A stretch of 64,000 nt of DNA from Acidimicrobiaceae bacterium (GTDB lineage Bacteria; Actinomycetota; Acidimicrobiia; Acidimicrobiales; RAAP-2). This document shows, piece by piece, positions 62,260 to 64,000 of this stretch. The translations under genes were made by a program, and so were the position numbers. Where the stretch lies: NCBI GenBank assembly GCA_027342785.1, contig DAHWPS010000115.1:7052-71051 (forward strand), given 5' to 3'. Position 1 is the first letter of the stretch. Each line of letters starts with the position of its first letter. Below the pieces are notes generated by a model. It was not told the DNA's origin and did not search any database. It saw nothing but the letters and a program-made list of their open reading frames with translations.

Positions 62260-63495
62260 GTGGACTTCGACCTGTCCGACGAGCAGGTGGCATTGCGTGA
62301 CGCCGCGGCCGCGCTCTTGGACCACCCCCGGTGGTTCGAGCGGCTGCGAGAACGCGTCGGCCCGGGCACCGTGGTCGGCGGGTCCTCCGCGTCTCCGCCG
62401 GGTCCGAGGGGTTCGACTGGTTCGAGCGACAGCGGGCTGGCCTCGGGGTACGACGGCGAGTTGTGGTCGGCGATGGTCGACCAAGGATGGCCCGGGGTGG
62501 AGCGGCCCGAGAGCGAGGGTGGTCTCGCGCTGGGGATGGTGGAGGGCGCGGTGCTCTGCCAGCAGATCGGCCGCCGGGTCGCAGCGGTCCCGTTCTTGGC
62601 ATCGGCGCTCGCCCTCGATGCGCTGGTGCACGCGCAGTGTGAGGACGCCGCCGCCCAGCAGTCCGTGGACGAGTGGGTGGGGGGGCTCACGTCGGGCGAC
62701 GCGGTGGGTTGCGTCGCCTGGTCCGCCCAGCCCGATGCCCTCGTCGTCTCATCGCATGGCGGGCGCCCGCACCTTTCCGGCCGACCCGCCCCGGTGCTCT
62801 ACGCGCCATCGGCCTCCGTGGCGATCGTGGTTGCCGCAGACGGTCTGTACGCGGTCGACCTCGAAACTGCTGGACGGCCGCAGCCCGTGGCAGCCATGGA
62901 CCGGACGCGCGAGCTCGGATGGCTGGTGCTCGACGAGACGCCTTCGATCCGGTTGGGAGGTCCGCAGGCGCAGGCACGCCTCACCGACCGGGCGGCCACC
63001 GGGGCGGCAGCCGAAATGCTCGGGGGAGCCGAGAGGGTGCTGGAGATGTCCGTCGAGTACGCGAAGGACCGTGTGCAGTTCGGGCGACCCATCGGAAGCT
63101 TCCAGGCCGTGAAGCACCGCCTGGCCGACGCGCTCGTGGACGTCGAGGGCATGCGATCGATCGTCTTCTACGCAGCGTGGTGCGTGGCCACCGGCGACGC
63201 CGACGCATCGCTCGCCGCGTCGATGGCGAAATCCTGGTGCTCCGACGCGTCGCGGCGCGTGGCGTCCTCAGGGCTCCAGGTGCACGGAGGGATCGGCTTC
63301 ACCTGGGAGCACGACCTGCACCTGTACCTGAAGCGGTCGCAGCTCGACCAGTGCAGTTTCGGTGACGCCGGCTGGCATCGGGACCGGGTGGCGGGGATCC
63401 TGCGCACCCGGATCGGCAACCACGGGTCGACCACGACCAGCGGCGACGACGCTGCGGCGGCCGGCCCGGTGCCGTCGGGAGGTGCGGCGGGCTAG
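62260..63495 (+). CDS. acyl-CoA dehydrogenase family protein (beta-type partner-like)
   Basis: It reads VDFDLSDEQVALRDAAAALL...MDRTRELGWLVLDE...VQFGRPIGSFQAVKHRLADA...HGGIGFTWEHDLHLY. The start is uncertain: GTG 62260, ATG 62230 or GTG 62221. Confidence 0.8.
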   Translation: MDFDLSDEQVALRDAAAALLDHPRWFERLRERVGPGTVVGGSSASPPGPRGSTGSSDSGLASGYDGELWSAMVDQGWPGVERPESEGGLALGMVEGAVLCQQIGRRVAAVPFLASALALDALVHAQCEDAAAQQSVDEWVGGLTSGDAVGCVAWSAQPDALVVSSHGGRPHLSGRPAPVLYAPSASVAIVVAADGLYAVDLETAGRPQPVAAMDRTRELGWLVLDETPSIRLGGPQAQARLTDRAATGAAAEMLGGAERVLEMSVEYAKDRVQFGRPIGSFQAVKHRLADALVDVEGMRSIVFYAAWCVATGDADASLAASMAKSWCSDASRRVASSGLQVHGGIGFTWEHDLHLYLKRSQLDQCSFGDAGWHRDRVAGILRTRIGNHGSTTTSGDDAAAAGPVPSGGAAG

Positions 63496-64000
63496 AGCTT
63501 GGGGACCGGCCAGTTGCCGATGCGCAGGAGCTGGTAGGTGCCGCCCCCGCTCTCAGAGCCTTCGGGCGTGGTCACCACCTCGCGCTCGACGACTTTCACC
63601 ACGTAGCCTGACTTCACGGTCACCGTGTAGCGGATCGACCCGGACACCTGGCGGGCCTCGGCCGCTGTGATCAGCGACGAGATCGGCTCCGAGCCCACGA
63701 AGGTCGGCCCGTTCGAGACGAACCCGCTGACTTTGAGGAGCGCGCTGATCGGGCTGAGCGACTCGAGCGCCCGGGCGCCGCTGATGTGGGCGACTTCGTC
63801 GGGCGCACCGGCCGGTCCTCCCCGCAAGAGGGTCTCGGTGGCCTGGCTTGGCGCCTGGAACTGGACGCCGACGACCTCGGACTTCGACGCCGAGGTGTAC
63901 ACCGCTTTCAAGCTGGGTGCCGCCAACGTCTCGCCGGCGGCGTTGTGGAGGGCCAGGTCGGCAGCCGGCGGTGCCTGGCGCAGCCCGAGCACGGCGGCTC
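63492..64000 (-). CDS. hypothetical protein (5' end outside window)
   Basis: The minus-strand frame is open to the window edge with good third-position GC. It is beta-rich with no motif I recognise. Its 3' end overlaps the convergent ACAD stop by 4 nt. Confidence 0.45.
   Translation of the reverse strand, partial: AAVLGLRQAPPAADLALHNAAGETLAAPSLKAVYTSASKSEVVGVQFQAPSQATETLLRGGPAGAPDEVAHISGARALESLSPISALLKVSGFVSNGPTFVGSEPISSLITAAEARQVSGSIRYTVTVKSGYVVKVVEREVVTTPEGSESGGGTYQLLRIGNWPVPKL

Noticed and set aside
59961-62300. 779-aa plus-strand ORF. Comparable giants are 52414-54573(-), 46490-48304(-), 36715-38343(-), 33868-35415(+) and 48586-49764(-).
   Set aside because: Each lies antisense to two or three well-supported enzyme genes, has low-complexity Arg/Gly/Pro composition and shows no domain signature.
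1-64000. rRNA, tRNA, integrase, prophage or cas genes, or a dedicated anti-phage defence operon.
   Set aside because: I could recognise none in any frame or in the non-coding gaps. The only defence- or addiction-like element is the HepT/MntA pair.

Overview
High-GC, Actinomycetota-like chromosomal segment (frequent GTG starts, 4-nt start/stop overlaps, GC-rich third codon positions). About 55 genes are supportable. I saw no rRNA, tRNA or CRISPR array by eye. All family calls come from reading the supplied translations, not from database searches. Most of the window encodes acyl-CoA (lipid- or sterol-side-chain-like) catabolism: 7 acyl-CoA dehydrogenase (ACAD) genes in three architectures, 5 thiolase or Ltp-type thiolase genes, 3 crotonases, 4 AMP-forming and 1 ADP-forming CoA ligases, 2 CoA-transferases, 2 paralogous amidohydrolases, and a P450/ferredoxin/aldehyde dehydrogenase set. 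These are interleaved with a Liv-type ABC importer and two TetR regulators. Accessory pieces are a HepT/MntA toxin-antitoxin module in a lower-GC islet, a GH35 glycosidase with an ABC-2 exporter and a condensation-like protein, a decayed ISAzo13-type transposase, and a frameshifted epimerase. The most interesting signal is not a gene. The palindrome TGACA-N4-TGTCA occurs perfectly five times and as TGACG-N4-TGTCA three times. Every copy lies in a gene-start or gene-junction region of the catabolic genes, which suggests one undescribed operator or RNA hairpin coordinating the cluster. Other signals are a separate CAAAC-N4-GTTTG box between the second TetR and the P450, several unrelated short intergenic tandem-repeat arrays, and an AT-rich island inside the long plus-strand operon.
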